NCBI GenBank assembly: GCA_002492415.1
Contig: DKYK01000031.1
Location: 21,629 to 85,628 of the forward strand
From: Christensenella sp. UBA7102
GTDB taxonomy: Bacteria; Bacillota; Clostridia; Christensenellales; UBA1750
DNA: 64,000 bases
Direction: 5' to 3'
The notes beneath the pieces are model-generated. The model worked only from the letters and a program-made list of their open reading frames with translations, did not search any database and was not told where the DNA came from. The translations under genes were made by a program, and so were the position numbers. Below are positions 1 to 8,378 of the stretch, one piece after another (the first letter of the stretch is position 1; each line of letters opens with the position of its first letter).

Positions 1-328
1 ACACAGAAACCCTTTCCCGCTCCGCTTCACTGAAATTGTTCGCAATAAAAGCTTTTATTTCTGGACTTCCGGCGGGACTGCCGCCTGTGCAGAAAACAAC
101 CAGAATTTTGCCCGACCATCGATCCATGTTGGACTTAAACCAAGATATTTTACTGATCCTGCCCGCACACGCCCATCCGCCAAAGAGGATGGCGTCGTAT
201 GCGTCAAAATTGTACTTTTTAGCGGCTTCGAGTTCAAAACAATCTGCGCCTGCTGCCTCAGAAATCCATTTGGCGTACTTCTTTGTAAAACCTGTCTGCG
301 AGTTATAAATCACTGCCGTTTTCCTCAT
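1..328 (-). CDS. flavodoxin-domain protein (C-terminus cut by window edge)
   Basis: Not in the ORF track because it runs off the left edge. Minus-strand ATG at 328-326, then an open frame to nt 1 (MRKTAVIYNSQTGFTKKYAKWISEAAGADCFELEAAKKYNFDAYDAILFGGWACAGRISKISWFKSNMDRWSGKILVVFCTGGSP...), which looks like a short flavodoxin N-terminus. The start lies 1 nt past the TetR stop (330-332), so the two are probably co-transcribed. Confidence 0.7.
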   Translation of the reverse strand, partial: MRKTAVIYNSQTGFTKKYAKWISEAAGADCFELEAAKKYNFDAYDAILFGGWACAGRISKISWFKSNMDRWSGKILVVFCTGGSPAGSPEIKAFIANNFSEAERERVSV

Positions 329-329
329 C

Positions 330-896
330 TCAATCCCTCTTCCTCAAAGCGTCATTTACAAACGCCTGATGCGCCTGTTCCTGCAGCAAAAAGATCTCAT
401 CGATCGGTATTCCCGGCGAGGATGCGGAAAGTACCATACCCAGGCCGATTGTGTAGATTAACAGATTCAAGTGAAGCTGCTCTGCGGTCTTGATGCTGAT
501 GTTCATATCTTCTGCAACGGTTTGCGCGATCTGCGGATTGGTTTCTGTTTCATAGACGTCTTTCAGGGAAGATACATTTTTACGCTCTTGCAGAAGAAAA
601 ATTTTGAAAACATGCGGTTCTTCCTTCGCAAGCTGGATGTACGCCCTGCCTGTGCTGCGGAACAAATCATTCCTGTCGATATGGGAAATGATGTATTCGT
701 GGATAAACTCCCTTGCTTTATCGCCGACCGCCTCGCGAAGCCCGTTCATGTTCTTGCAGTAACTGTAGATGGGCTGTACCGAACAGCCCATCTCGTCCGC
801 AATACTTTTGACCAATACGTTTTCCATACCGCTTCGGCGGGCGATATGAAAAGCGGCATCCACAATCATCTCTTTTGTTATTCGTTGCTTGGGCAT
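330..896 (-). CDS. TetR/AcrR family transcriptional regulator
   Basis: 188-aa ORF with an N-terminal TetR-type HTH (ITKEMIVDAAFHIARRSGMENVLVKSIADEMGCSVQPIYSYCKN). GAGGTGG SD upstream. A palindromic operator candidate lies immediately upstream. Confidence 0.9.
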   Translation of the reverse strand: MPKQRITKEMIVDAAFHIARRSGMENVLVKSIADEMGCSVQPIYSYCKNMNGLREAVGDKAREFIHEYIISHIDRNDLFRSTGRAYIQLAKEEPHVFKIFLLQERKNVSSLKDVYETETNPQIAQTVAEDMNISIKTAEQLHLNLLIYTIGLGMVLSASSPGIPIDEIFLLQEQAHQAFVNDALRKRD

Positions 897-906
897 TGTA
901 CCACCT

Positions 907-953
907 CAGTATAATCAAGTTATATAAACTAATTATATAACTTGATTATACTG
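907..953. promoter_or_regulatory. TetR operator candidate (perfect 21-bp inverted repeat) overlapping the promoter/SD region
   Basis: CAGTATAATCAAGTTATATAA-ACTAA-TTATATAACTTGATTATACTG. Both arms are perfect and each carries a TATAAT hexamer. The element starts 10 nt upstream of the TetR ATG and overlaps its SD by 3 nt. Confidence 0.7.
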
Positions 954-978
954 CTGCTTTGATGAGATGTCAATACGG

Positions 979-1015
979 AAAAAAATAAAGGCGGCAGGAT
1001 ATGATCTCTGCCGTC
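979..1015 (-). terminator. intrinsic terminator of the 1047-1547 gene
   Basis: On the minus strand, a GACGGCAG...CTGCCGCC hairpin is followed by TTTATTTTTTT. It lies 30 nt downstream of the stop at 1047. Confidence 0.7.
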
Positions 1016-1046
1016 GCAGTATGCAATGCGCGCCATGTGCTCCATT

Positions 1047-1547
1047 TTAATTCATTTGCGCGAGCCATCCGTGCAGGCGACTGCCGCAGAGCGTTCGGAT
1101 GCGCAGCGGCGCGCCATGTTCGTCCATGAGCTGGCCTGCCAGCAGAGGAGGATTGATCCCGTCCCAGCAGGAGAGCTTCCCTTCCGGCGATACCAGCCAG
1201 ATGCGATATATGCGCCCCATACCCGGCACGCATGCGTCGCCCAGACGCCGAACGCGCCCATGCGCGTCCCGTTCGCCGGAGAATTGTTCGCCGGCATGGC
1301 AGGTGCAGCGCGGGTGTGTATGGACCAGCGCCGTTCGACCACAGAACACACTGCTTACCGCAATGCATACCGCCTGTAGGATCACGTTGTTGTGGAACCC
1401 ACGCCATACATGCCCCAAACGATACCCGGTGCGTCCGCACAGGATGGCTGCGCAGCGCTCGCGTCCGTCGCGCTCCGTCTCGGGCAGCGCTGCTCGGCCG
1501 AATGCTTCCACGGCCGCCAACTCAGTTGGATATAGTATGCTCGCCAT
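1047..1547 (-). CDS. hypothetical protein with an HTHP...FSGxxD motif (JAB/DUF4329-like metallo-hydrolase signature)
   Basis: The track ORF is 1047..1598. I place the start at ATG 1547 (MASILYPTEL...), 5 nt after a GGGGGGAA SD. Motif ALVHTHPRCTCHAGEQFSGERD, preceded by ERCAAILCGRTGY. The family assignment is tentative. Confidence 0.55.
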   Translation of the reverse strand: MASILYPTELAAVEAFGRAALPETERDGRERCAAILCGRTGYRLGHVWRGFHNNVILQAVCIAVSSVFCGRTALVHTHPRCTCHAGEQFSGERDAHGRVRRLGDACVPGMGRIYRIWLVSPEGKLSCWDGINPPLLAGQLMDEHGAPLRIRTLCGSRLHGWLAQMN

Positions 1548-1732
1548 GTCGATTCCCCCCGCTTTCTCTGTTCTGATGATACCACGGCGGGCGCGCACTG
1601 TATCGCCAGAATTTAAATTGTCGTGTTAAGATAAAGAAAACTGCGGAAAGGAGCATCGCTCCGTTTTATGGTGGTCAACCACAAGCAGATATGATATAAT
1701 GACGCAGAATATATCGGGAAGGGAAGAGGGTT

Positions 1733-2335
1733 ATGATCCGCAACGTGGTCTTTGATATGGGAAACGTGCTGCTGGACTTCAATCCGGAGCGCTATTTGCA
1801 GAACTTTGTGGAGCGTGAGGAGGACCGGGCGTTGCTGCGCGACGAACTGTTCGACAGCGTGGAGTGGGTGATGACCGACCACGGCAGGCTGGATGACGAA
1901 GGACTGGGCGACACGGTGTGCGGCCGCGTGCCGGAACGCCTGCACGGCACGGTGCGGCGGATTCTCGCGCATTGGTACGAAGACATGCCCGTCTATCCTG
2001 GCGTGAAGGAGCTGATTGAGCGGCTGATGGAGCAGGGTTACCGGTTGTATGTGTTGTCCAATGTCAGTGAAAACTACAGGATTATGCGGCAGAACATCCC
2101 GCATATCGAAGATTTTGACGGCGAATTCATCTCATGCAAAGCGCATTTGCTCAAGCCTGAACCGGCGATCTTTGCCGCTTTTTGTGAGGCTTTCGACCTG
2201 GCACCGGAGGAGTGCCTGTTTATCGACGACCAGAAGAACAACGTCTACGGCGCGATGCGCGCCGGGATGCAGGGTTTGGTGTATCGCGGCAGACCGGAAA
2301 GCGTGGAAGCGCGGCTGGAGGCGCTCAAAGTATAA
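1733..2335 (+). CDS. HAD family hydrolase (subfamily IA-like)
   Basis: 200-aa ORF. N-terminal VVFDMGNVLLDF nucleophile motif and C-terminal FIDDQKNNVYGA motif. TATAAT -10 at about 1695 and a G-rich SD. Confidence 0.85.
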   Translation: MIRNVVFDMGNVLLDFNPERYLQNFVEREEDRALLRDELFDSVEWVMTDHGRLDDEGLGDTVCGRVPERLHGTVRRILAHWYEDMPVYPGVKELIERLMEQGYRLYVLSNVSENYRIMRQNIPHIEDFDGEFISCKAHLLKPEPAIFAAFCEAFDLAPEECLFIDDQKNNVYGAMRAGMQGLVYRGRPESVEARLEALKV

Positions 2336-2339
2336 AAAG

Positions 2340-2383
2340 CGCCTCGGTTTCTGCACAAAAACTGCGGAAACCGAGGCGTTTTC
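2340..2383. terminator. bidirectional intrinsic terminator (HAD / ZIP convergent pair)
   Basis: 12-bp stem CGCCTCGGTTTC...GAAACCGAGGCG, flanked by an A-run (2334-2338) and a T-run (2379-2382). Confidence 0.8.
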
Positions 2384-2388
2384 CAGAT

Positions 2389-3234
2389 TTAGGCGAAGAT
2401 GATGAAGATGCCCACGAGGATGCCGATGATTGCGGCCAATGAAGGCAGCTTGGAGCGCCACATGAGGATGGATTCGGGCAGCAGCTCGCCGAACACCACA
2501 TAGAGCATGGCGCCGCTTGCAAAGGCCAGGGACAGCGTGTGCCACAGCGGACCTATAGAACCCAGCCAGTAGCCCAGAAGCGCGCCGATGACGGTGGGCA
2601 GGCCGGAGAGCGCGGTGACGCACACGGCGCGCACGCGGCCCATACCGCCCGCAATCAGGGGCACGGCGACCGCCATGCCCTCCGGTATGTTGTGCAGACC
2701 GATGACCACAGCGATGAGAAAGCCGCCGCTCGTAAACAGGTTGGAGGTGACCGAACCCGCGTAGGCAGAGCCGATAACCATGCCCTCGGGCAGGTTGTGC
2801 AGCGCAATGGCCGCCGCCATGATGATACCCGCAATGAACAGATTGTTGTGATCCTTTTTGTGTTCCTCGAAGTGGTCGCTGTGGATCAGCTCATCCAGGT
2901 CGTCCGCGGTTTTGGGATGATCTGGATCAATATGCTCCACTTCGTGGTTGGTAGTCTGGTCGATGAGGTGATTGAGCAGCGCGACCACCGCATAGCCCAG
3001 CACAATGCCCAACAGCGACCAGGCGACGCTGCCGGTCAGCTGCGGCTCATGCAGCGCGTCGGCCAGCAAATCAAAGCACACCACAGCCAGCATTACGCCG
3101 GCAGCAAAGCTGAGCAGAAGACTGACGATGCGCTTGGAATCTTTGCGGATAAAGGCGCTGACCAGACCGCCAAGACCCGTGCCGCCCACGCCGGAAATCA
3201 GGGTGATGAGCATCACCCATATAAGAGTACTCAT
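2389..3234 (-). CDS. ZIP (ZupT-like) family metal ion transporter
   Basis: The track ORF 2389..4155 is an artefactual N-terminal extension. The real start is ATG 3234 (MSTLIWVMLITLISGVGGTGLGG), after a GGAAAGGAAG SD. Multi-TM protein with a His/Asp-rich loop (HEVEHIDPDHPKTADDLDELIHSDHFEEHKKDH) and ALHNLPEG / GLHNIPEG motifs. Confidence 0.9.
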   Translation of the reverse strand: MSTLIWVMLITLISGVGGTGLGGLVSAFIRKDSKRIVSLLLSFAAGVMLAVVCFDLLADALHEPQLTGSVAWSLLGIVLGYAVVALLNHLIDQTTNHEVEHIDPDHPKTADDLDELIHSDHFEEHKKDHNNLFIAGIIMAAAIALHNLPEGMVIGSAYAGSVTSNLFTSGGFLIAVVIGLHNIPEGMAVAVPLIAGGMGRVRAVCVTALSGLPTVIGALLGYWLGSIGPLWHTLSLAFASGAMLYVVFGELLPESILMWRSKLPSLAAIIGILVGIFIIFA

Positions 3235-3393
3235 GGAATCGACCCGCTTCCTTTCCTGTCTGTATCTGAAGCAGAAGTTAGTATAGCACAACTTTTTGTG
3301 CACAGCAATCCTTTTGGGGCTCATTATGCCGATTTTACGCGAATGACACAGAACGCGCCGAAACGTGTGCAAATAAAGAAAAGGAGAGAGCGC

Positions 3394-4116
3394 ATGAACA
3401 CACAGAGAAAAATTGGCAAGGGCCGCACCGCGGAGGTATTTTTGACTGCGGAGGGCTGCGCGCTGAAGCTGTTTTACCCGGAGTACCCGATGCAGGCGGT
3501 GGAGCGGGAGCTGCGCAACGCGAGGATGGCAGTCGCGCTGCACATTCCAACGCCGCGCTGCTATGGTCTTGTGACGGTGCAGGACCGCGCGGGGATCCTC
3601 TACGAGCGTGCGGCGGGTGAGAGCCTGCTGAATCGCCTGATGCGCACGGGAGACGTGGCGGGCTGCGCGTCCACACTGGCGCGGCTGCATCGCCAGTTGC
3701 TGGCGCAGACGCTGCCCGAGGACGCGTTGGATGTGCGGGAGTTCCTGCGGCACGAAATCGAGCGCAATGGGAAGCTGCCGGTTGAGGAGAAATCGCGGGC
3801 GCTGGCGCAGCTGGCCGCGCTGCCGGGCGGGAATGCGCTGTGCCACGGGGACTTCCATCCCGACAACGTGCTCATGGACGGGGAGCGCGCGATGGTCCTC
3901 GACTGGATGAACCTGTGCCGAGGGGATCCGATCAGCGATGTGGCGCAGACCTGGCACCTGCTCGCGTGCGGTCCGCTGCCGCCTGATGTGCCCGCGGCGC
4001 AGGAGTTCGAGGAAATGCGCGGTCTGTTGGCGGATGAATATATCAGGCGTATGGGCATGGAGAAAGAGCGGCTGGCACAGTGGCTGCCCGTGATAAAAGC
4101 CGCGCGTTTTGGTTGA
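3394..4116 (+). CDS. phosphotransferase (APH/choline-kinase-like) family protein
   Basis: Only the C-terminal 240 aa of track ORF 2539..4116 is real. ATG 3394 follows an AAGGAGAGAG SD. Kinase catalytic motif CHGDFHPDNVLMDGERAMVLDWMN. Confidence 0.8.
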   Translation: MNTQRKIGKGRTAEVFLTAEGCALKLFYPEYPMQAVERELRNARMAVALHIPTPRCYGLVTVQDRAGILYERAAGESLLNRLMRTGDVAGCASTLARLHRQLLAQTLPEDALDVREFLRHEIERNGKLPVEEKSRALAQLAALPGGNALCHGDFHPDNVLMDGERAMVLDWMNLCRGDPISDVAQTWHLLACGPLPPDVPAAQEFEEMRGLLADEYIRRMGMEKERLAQWLPVIKAARFG

Positions 4117-4199
4117 CCGAAAGGGTGCGGCGCGATATAATGTAAGTAGTTTCACAATATCGGCACCTGAAATTTACAACGATCGGGAGGGCGCGGAAC

Positions 4200-5354
4200 A
4201 TGGAAAAGGTTCGTCTGGGCATCATCGGCGCGGGCAACATGGGCTCGGGCCATATCAACAACTACTTGAAGGGTTTGCTGCCGGAGATCGAGATCACCGC
4301 AGTGGCGGATCGCAGACAGGAGCGGCGTGATTGGGCGAAGAGCGCGCTGGGCGAGGGCGTCGCGCTCTATGAAGAAGGCAGCGAGCTGATCGAAAAGGGT
4401 CCGGTGGACGCCATACTCATCGCGGTGCCGCACTATCAGCATCCGGGGCTGGCCATCGAAGGATTTCGCCATGGAAAGCACGTGATGTGCGAAAAGCCGG
4501 CGGGCGTCTACACCAAGCAGGTACGGGAAATGAATGCCGAGGCAGACAAGTGCGATCGGGTATTCGGCATGATGTTCAACCAGCGTACCAACTGCGTCTA
4601 CCGCAAGATAAAGGAAATGATTGACGGCGGCGAGTTGGGGCAGATCAAGCGCGTGAACTGGATCATCACCGACTGGTACCGCACGCAGTATTATTATGAT
4701 TCCGGCGCATGGCGCGCTACCTGGGACGGCGAGGGCGGCGGCGTGCTGCTCAACCAGTGTCCGCATCAGCTGGACCTGGTGCAGTGGCTGTGCGGCATGC
4801 CTGTGCGCGTGCGCGCCTTCCTGCACGAGGGCAAGTGGCACGATATCGAGGTAGAGGATGACGTGACGGCCTATATGGAGTATGGCAACGGCGCAACCGG
4901 TGTGTTCATCACCACCACGGGCGACGCGCCTGGCACCAATCGCCTGGAGATCAGCGGCGATATGGGCAAGGTCGTCTGTGAAAACGATGAGATCACCTTC
5001 TTTAAGAACAAGGTTTCCGACCGCGAATTCTGCCGCACTGCGACTGAAGGCTTTGCCAAGCCCGAGTGCGAAAAGATCACCGTTAAGACCGACGGAAGAA
5101 ATTTACAGCACGTCGATGTGCTCAACGCATTTGCCGGGGCCATCCTGCGCGGCGAAAAGCTGGTCGCCGATGGGCGCGAGGGCATCAACGGCCTGACGCT
5201 GTCCAATGCGATGCACCTGTCCAGCTGGCTGGACAAGACTGTGGATCTCCCCTTTGACGAGGAGCTGTACCTGGCTGAGCTCAACAAGCGCCGTGCGACC
5301 TCCCGCGCCAAGGAGGACAAGGGTGTCACGCTCAACACCGAGGGCTCCTATTGA
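4200..5354 (+). CDS. Gfo/Idh/MocA family oxidoreductase
   Basis: 384 aa. Rossmann motif GIIGAGNMG and an MCEKPAG motif. GGGAGGG SD. Confidence 0.9.
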   Translation: MEKVRLGIIGAGNMGSGHINNYLKGLLPEIEITAVADRRQERRDWAKSALGEGVALYEEGSELIEKGPVDAILIAVPHYQHPGLAIEGFRHGKHVMCEKPAGVYTKQVREMNAEADKCDRVFGMMFNQRTNCVYRKIKEMIDGGELGQIKRVNWIITDWYRTQYYYDSGAWRATWDGEGGGVLLNQCPHQLDLVQWLCGMPVRVRAFLHEGKWHDIEVEDDVTAYMEYGNGATGVFITTTGDAPGTNRLEISGDMGKVVCENDEITFFKNKVSDREFCRTATEGFAKPECEKITVKTDGRNLQHVDVLNAFAGAILRGEKLVADGREGINGLTLSNAMHLSSWLDKTVDLPFDEELYLAELNKRRATSRAKEDKGVTLNTEGSY

Positions 5355-5419
5355 TCGCATTCCGCTGAAAAACGATGCAATAAAGGGTATGCCGTCCGTG
5401 GAAACGGACGGCATACCCT

Positions 5420-6316
5420 TTATTGCGCTGTTTCGCCGGTGAGAAAGCCTCTGCGAAAGCGCCCGGGGGACACGCCGTGCTGCGCGCGGAAGCGCTGGAT
5501 GAAGTAGCTGGTGGTGGAAAAGCCCACGGCCATGGACACGTCGGTGATGGAGAGCGCCGTGGTGGCCAGCAGGATCGTCGCGCGTTTGAGACGCACCTCA
5601 GTCAGATACTCAGGGAAGCTCTTTTGGGCGTAGCGCGTGAAAAAGCGTGAGAAGGCGGAATACTTCATGCCGCAATGCGCCGCGACCTCCTCCATGGAAA
5701 GCTCGTGCACGTAGTGCTGGTCGATGTAAGAGAAAGCGTTTTGCAGGGTGGACAACGCGGCCTTGTCCATTCGACGCAGCAGCTCGCCGCCTGTCTCCCG
5801 ATCCAACAACCGCGCCACCCACACGAACAGACGGCATAAATTGGCGCGCACGGCCATTTCATAGCCCAGTGTGCGCGCTTCAAATTCGTGCAGCACATCC
5901 ATCAGCAGCTCGCCGATATGTCCGTCTTCCAGCAGCGGCTTCTCGAATTTACGGCGGTGTTTTGCGCCTGACCAAAGGTAGGGCAGCATCACCTGCAGCT
6001 CGTAGAGCGGGTGCTCCGCAAACAGCAGTGCATCGGGTGTGAACTTGAGCACCAGATAACGGTTGCAACCTTTGCCCGTGGAGCGCGTGTGATGTACTTC
6101 GTTGGGGTCTATCAGCACCATTTCGCCCGGGGAGAAAGCGGTGCTCGCATCGCCGGTGTAGAGCACAAACCCGCCTTCCAGACAATAGAGCGCCTCATAA
6201 TACTCATGGATGTGCGCATGCGCAGCAGTTTGCAGGCCCACCGTCTCCTGAATGCGGCATTCAAACAGATTCTCGATCTCCTCAGGCGGTCGCCGCTCCT
6301 CGCGATAGTAGGTCAT
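5420..6316 (-). CDS. AraC family transcriptional regulator (cupin sensor + HTH)
   Basis: The track start at 6334 is TTG. ATG 6316 (MTYYREERRP) follows an AGGAGGGA SD. Cupin-like N-terminal half and a C-terminal AraC double HTH (ITDVSMAVGFSTTSYFIQRFRAQHGVSPGRFRR). Confidence 0.9.
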   Translation of the reverse strand: MTYYREERRPPEEIENLFECRIQETVGLQTAAHAHIHEYYEALYCLEGGFVLYTGDASTAFSPGEMVLIDPNEVHHTRSTGKGCNRYLVLKFTPDALLFAEHPLYELQVMLPYLWSGAKHRRKFEKPLLEDGHIGELLMDVLHEFEARTLGYEMAVRANLCRLFVWVARLLDRETGGELLRRMDKAALSTLQNAFSYIDQHYVHELSMEEVAAHCGMKYSAFSRFFTRYAQKSFPEYLTEVRLKRATILLATTALSITDVSMAVGFSTTSYFIQRFRAQHGVSPGRFRRGFLTGETAQ

Positions 6317-6433
6317 GCCATCCCTCCTGTGCAAAAATTTGATATTTTCTCGCGAGATTATTATAGCATGTGCTGGGAAAATATGCTATGATCAATTTAC
6401 AAACATTAAATCCATGAAGGGTGGGTTTTCAAC

Positions 6434-7534
6434 ATGGAAGGAAAGAAGAGACTCAAGGTTGGCATCATCGGATGCGGCGGCATTGCCAACGGCAAGCACA
6501 TGCCCTCCATCAAGGCCATCGACGTATCGGACATGGTCGCTTTCTGTGACCTGATTCCCGAGCGCGCCGAGAAGGCCGCCAAGGAGTATGGCGTGCCCGG
6601 CGCTAAGGTCTACACCGACTACAAGAAGCTGCTCGCAGATCCTGAGATCGACGTGGTGCACGTGTGCACCCCCAACCGTTCCCACGCGGAGATCTCCATC
6701 GACGCGCTGCACGCCGGCAAGCACGTCATGTGTGAAAAGCCCATGGCAAAGTCCGCAGCCGACGCGCACCGCATGGTCGAGGCCGCAAAGGAGACTGGCA
6801 AAAAACTGACAATCGGCTACCAGCACCGCCACAAGGCTTCCGCGCAGTACGTCAAGGCCGTCATCGACCGCGGGGATCTGGGCGAGATGTACTACGCCGA
6901 GGCGTTCGCGGTGCGCCGCCGCGGCACGCCGAACTGGGGCGTGTTCCTCAACGAGTACGAGCAGGGCGGCGGTCCGCTGATCGACATCGGCACGCATTCG
7001 CTGGATCTGACGCTCTATCTGCTGAACAACTACAAGCCCAAGATGGTTGTGGGCACCACCTACAACAAGCTGACCAATCCTATTCAGGCCAACCCTTGGG
7101 GCCCCTGGGATGAGAAGCAGCACACCATGGAGGACGCTGCGTTTGGCTTCATCGTGATGGAGAACGGCGCGACCATCATCCTCAAGGCGACCTGGGCGCT
7201 CAATACCTGTGAACCCGTGCCCGAGGGCAGCGTAATGATCGCGGGCACCAAGGCCGGCGCGCAGATCAAGGGCTATGACGAGAAGACCAACATCAATAAG
7301 GACGAGTTCAACCGCTTGGTGGACATCGTGCCCGACCTGAGCTCCGGCGGTGCGGCGTTCTACGACGGCGTCAAGGAGACGCCCCCGATCACCGAGCAGC
7401 GCCGCTGGTACGACGCTCTGTACAACGATACGGATCCCGTCGTGCTGCCCGAGCAGGCCTGCGTCGTCTCTGAGATTCTGGAGGCCATTTACACATCGGC
7501 CAAGACCGGCGAACCCTACTACTTCAATAAGTAA
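6434..7534 (+). CDS. Gfo/Idh/MocA family oxidoreductase
   Basis: 366 aa. GIIGCGGIANGKH Rossmann motif and an MCEKPMA motif. Divergent from the AraC gene. Confidence 0.9.
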   Translation: MEGKKRLKVGIIGCGGIANGKHMPSIKAIDVSDMVAFCDLIPERAEKAAKEYGVPGAKVYTDYKKLLADPEIDVVHVCTPNRSHAEISIDALHAGKHVMCEKPMAKSAADAHRMVEAAKETGKKLTIGYQHRHKASAQYVKAVIDRGDLGEMYYAEAFAVRRRGTPNWGVFLNEYEQGGGPLIDIGTHSLDLTLYLLNNYKPKMVVGTTYNKLTNPIQANPWGPWDEKQHTMEDAAFGFIVMENGATIILKATWALNTCEPVPEGSVMIAGTKAGAQIKGYDEKTNINKDEFNRLVDIVPDLSSGGAAFYDGVKETPPITEQRRWYDALYNDTDPVVLPEQACVVSEILEAIYTSAKTGEPYYFNK

Positions 7535-7594
7535 GCACAGACGAAAGGGGGCGGGCGAATCCCGCTCCCTTTTCTACAGACAGGAGGTACGACC

Positions 7595-8317
7595 ATGGAA
7601 TATGGGATTCAGATGTACAGTGTCCGCGACATCACTGAGAAGGACATGGACGGCGCGCTCAAGGCGTTGGCCGAGATGGGCTACAAAAATGTGGAGTTCG
7701 CCGGCTTCTTCGGCATCCCTGCGCAAGAAATCGCGGACATGCTCGCAAAGTACGGCTTAACGGTCTCCGGCACGCACACGGGTCTCAACGAGATCGTGGA
7801 TCACTACGAGGAAACGCTGGCCTACCACAAGGCCATTGGAAACAAGCGCATCATCGTGCCCGGCCACGATCTGTCCACGAAGGCAAAGCTGGACGACTTT
7901 ATTGACAAGATGAACGAATACGCAGCCAAGCTCGCCGCCGAGGGCATCACGCTGGGTTACCACAACCATGACCACGAGTTCAAGCCCAATGATGACGGCC
8001 AGATCATTTACGACGAGATCGTGGCGCGCACGGATATTGCGCTGGAGATCGACACCTATTGGGTGTACGCCGCGGGCAAGGATCCGGTGGCGCTGATGGA
8101 GCAGCTGAAAGACCGCCTGCCCGTCATCCACATCAAGGACGGCCTGGCCAACCGCGAGGGCAAGCCGCTGGGAATGGGCACCGCGCCCGTGGCCGACGTC
8201 TACAAGAAGGCTGTGGCGCTGAACGTTCCCATGGTGGTGGAGTCCGAGACCCTCACGCCCGACGGCCTGACCGAGGCGAAGATCTGCATCGAGTTCCTGA
8301 AGGCACAGGAAAAGTAA
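7595..8317 (+). CDS. sugar phosphate isomerase/epimerase (xylose-isomerase-like TIM barrel)
   Basis: 240 aa. CAGGAGG SD. Typical layout of the family (MYSVRD..., GYHNHDHEF, IHIKD). Confidence 0.85.
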   Translation: MEYGIQMYSVRDITEKDMDGALKALAEMGYKNVEFAGFFGIPAQEIADMLAKYGLTVSGTHTGLNEIVDHYEETLAYHKAIGNKRIIVPGHDLSTKAKLDDFIDKMNEYAAKLAAEGITLGYHNHDHEFKPNDDGQIIYDEIVARTDIALEIDTYWVYAAGKDPVALMEQLKDRLPVIHIKDGLANREGKPLGMGTAPVADVYKKAVALNVPMVVESETLTPDGLTEAKICIEFLKAQEK

Positions 8318-8334
8318 GAAAAGCAATAAGAGAA

Positions 8335-8371
8335 AGTGCTGCGCATCGTAAGTGGTGCGCAGCACTTTTTT
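8335..8371 (+). terminator. intrinsic terminator
   Basis: AGTGCTGCGCA-N10-TGCGCAGCACT followed by TTTTTT. Confidence 0.8.
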
Positions 8372-8378
8372 GTGGAGA

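Noticed and set aside
2539-4116. 525-aa plus-strand ORF in the track.
   Set aside because: Its first roughly 285 codons are antisense to the ZIP transporter gene and have Arg/Gly/His-rich shadow-ORF composition. Only 3394-4116, which has its own SD and kinase motifs, is credible. The same reasoning trims the 588-aa minus ORF 2389..4155 to 2389..3234.
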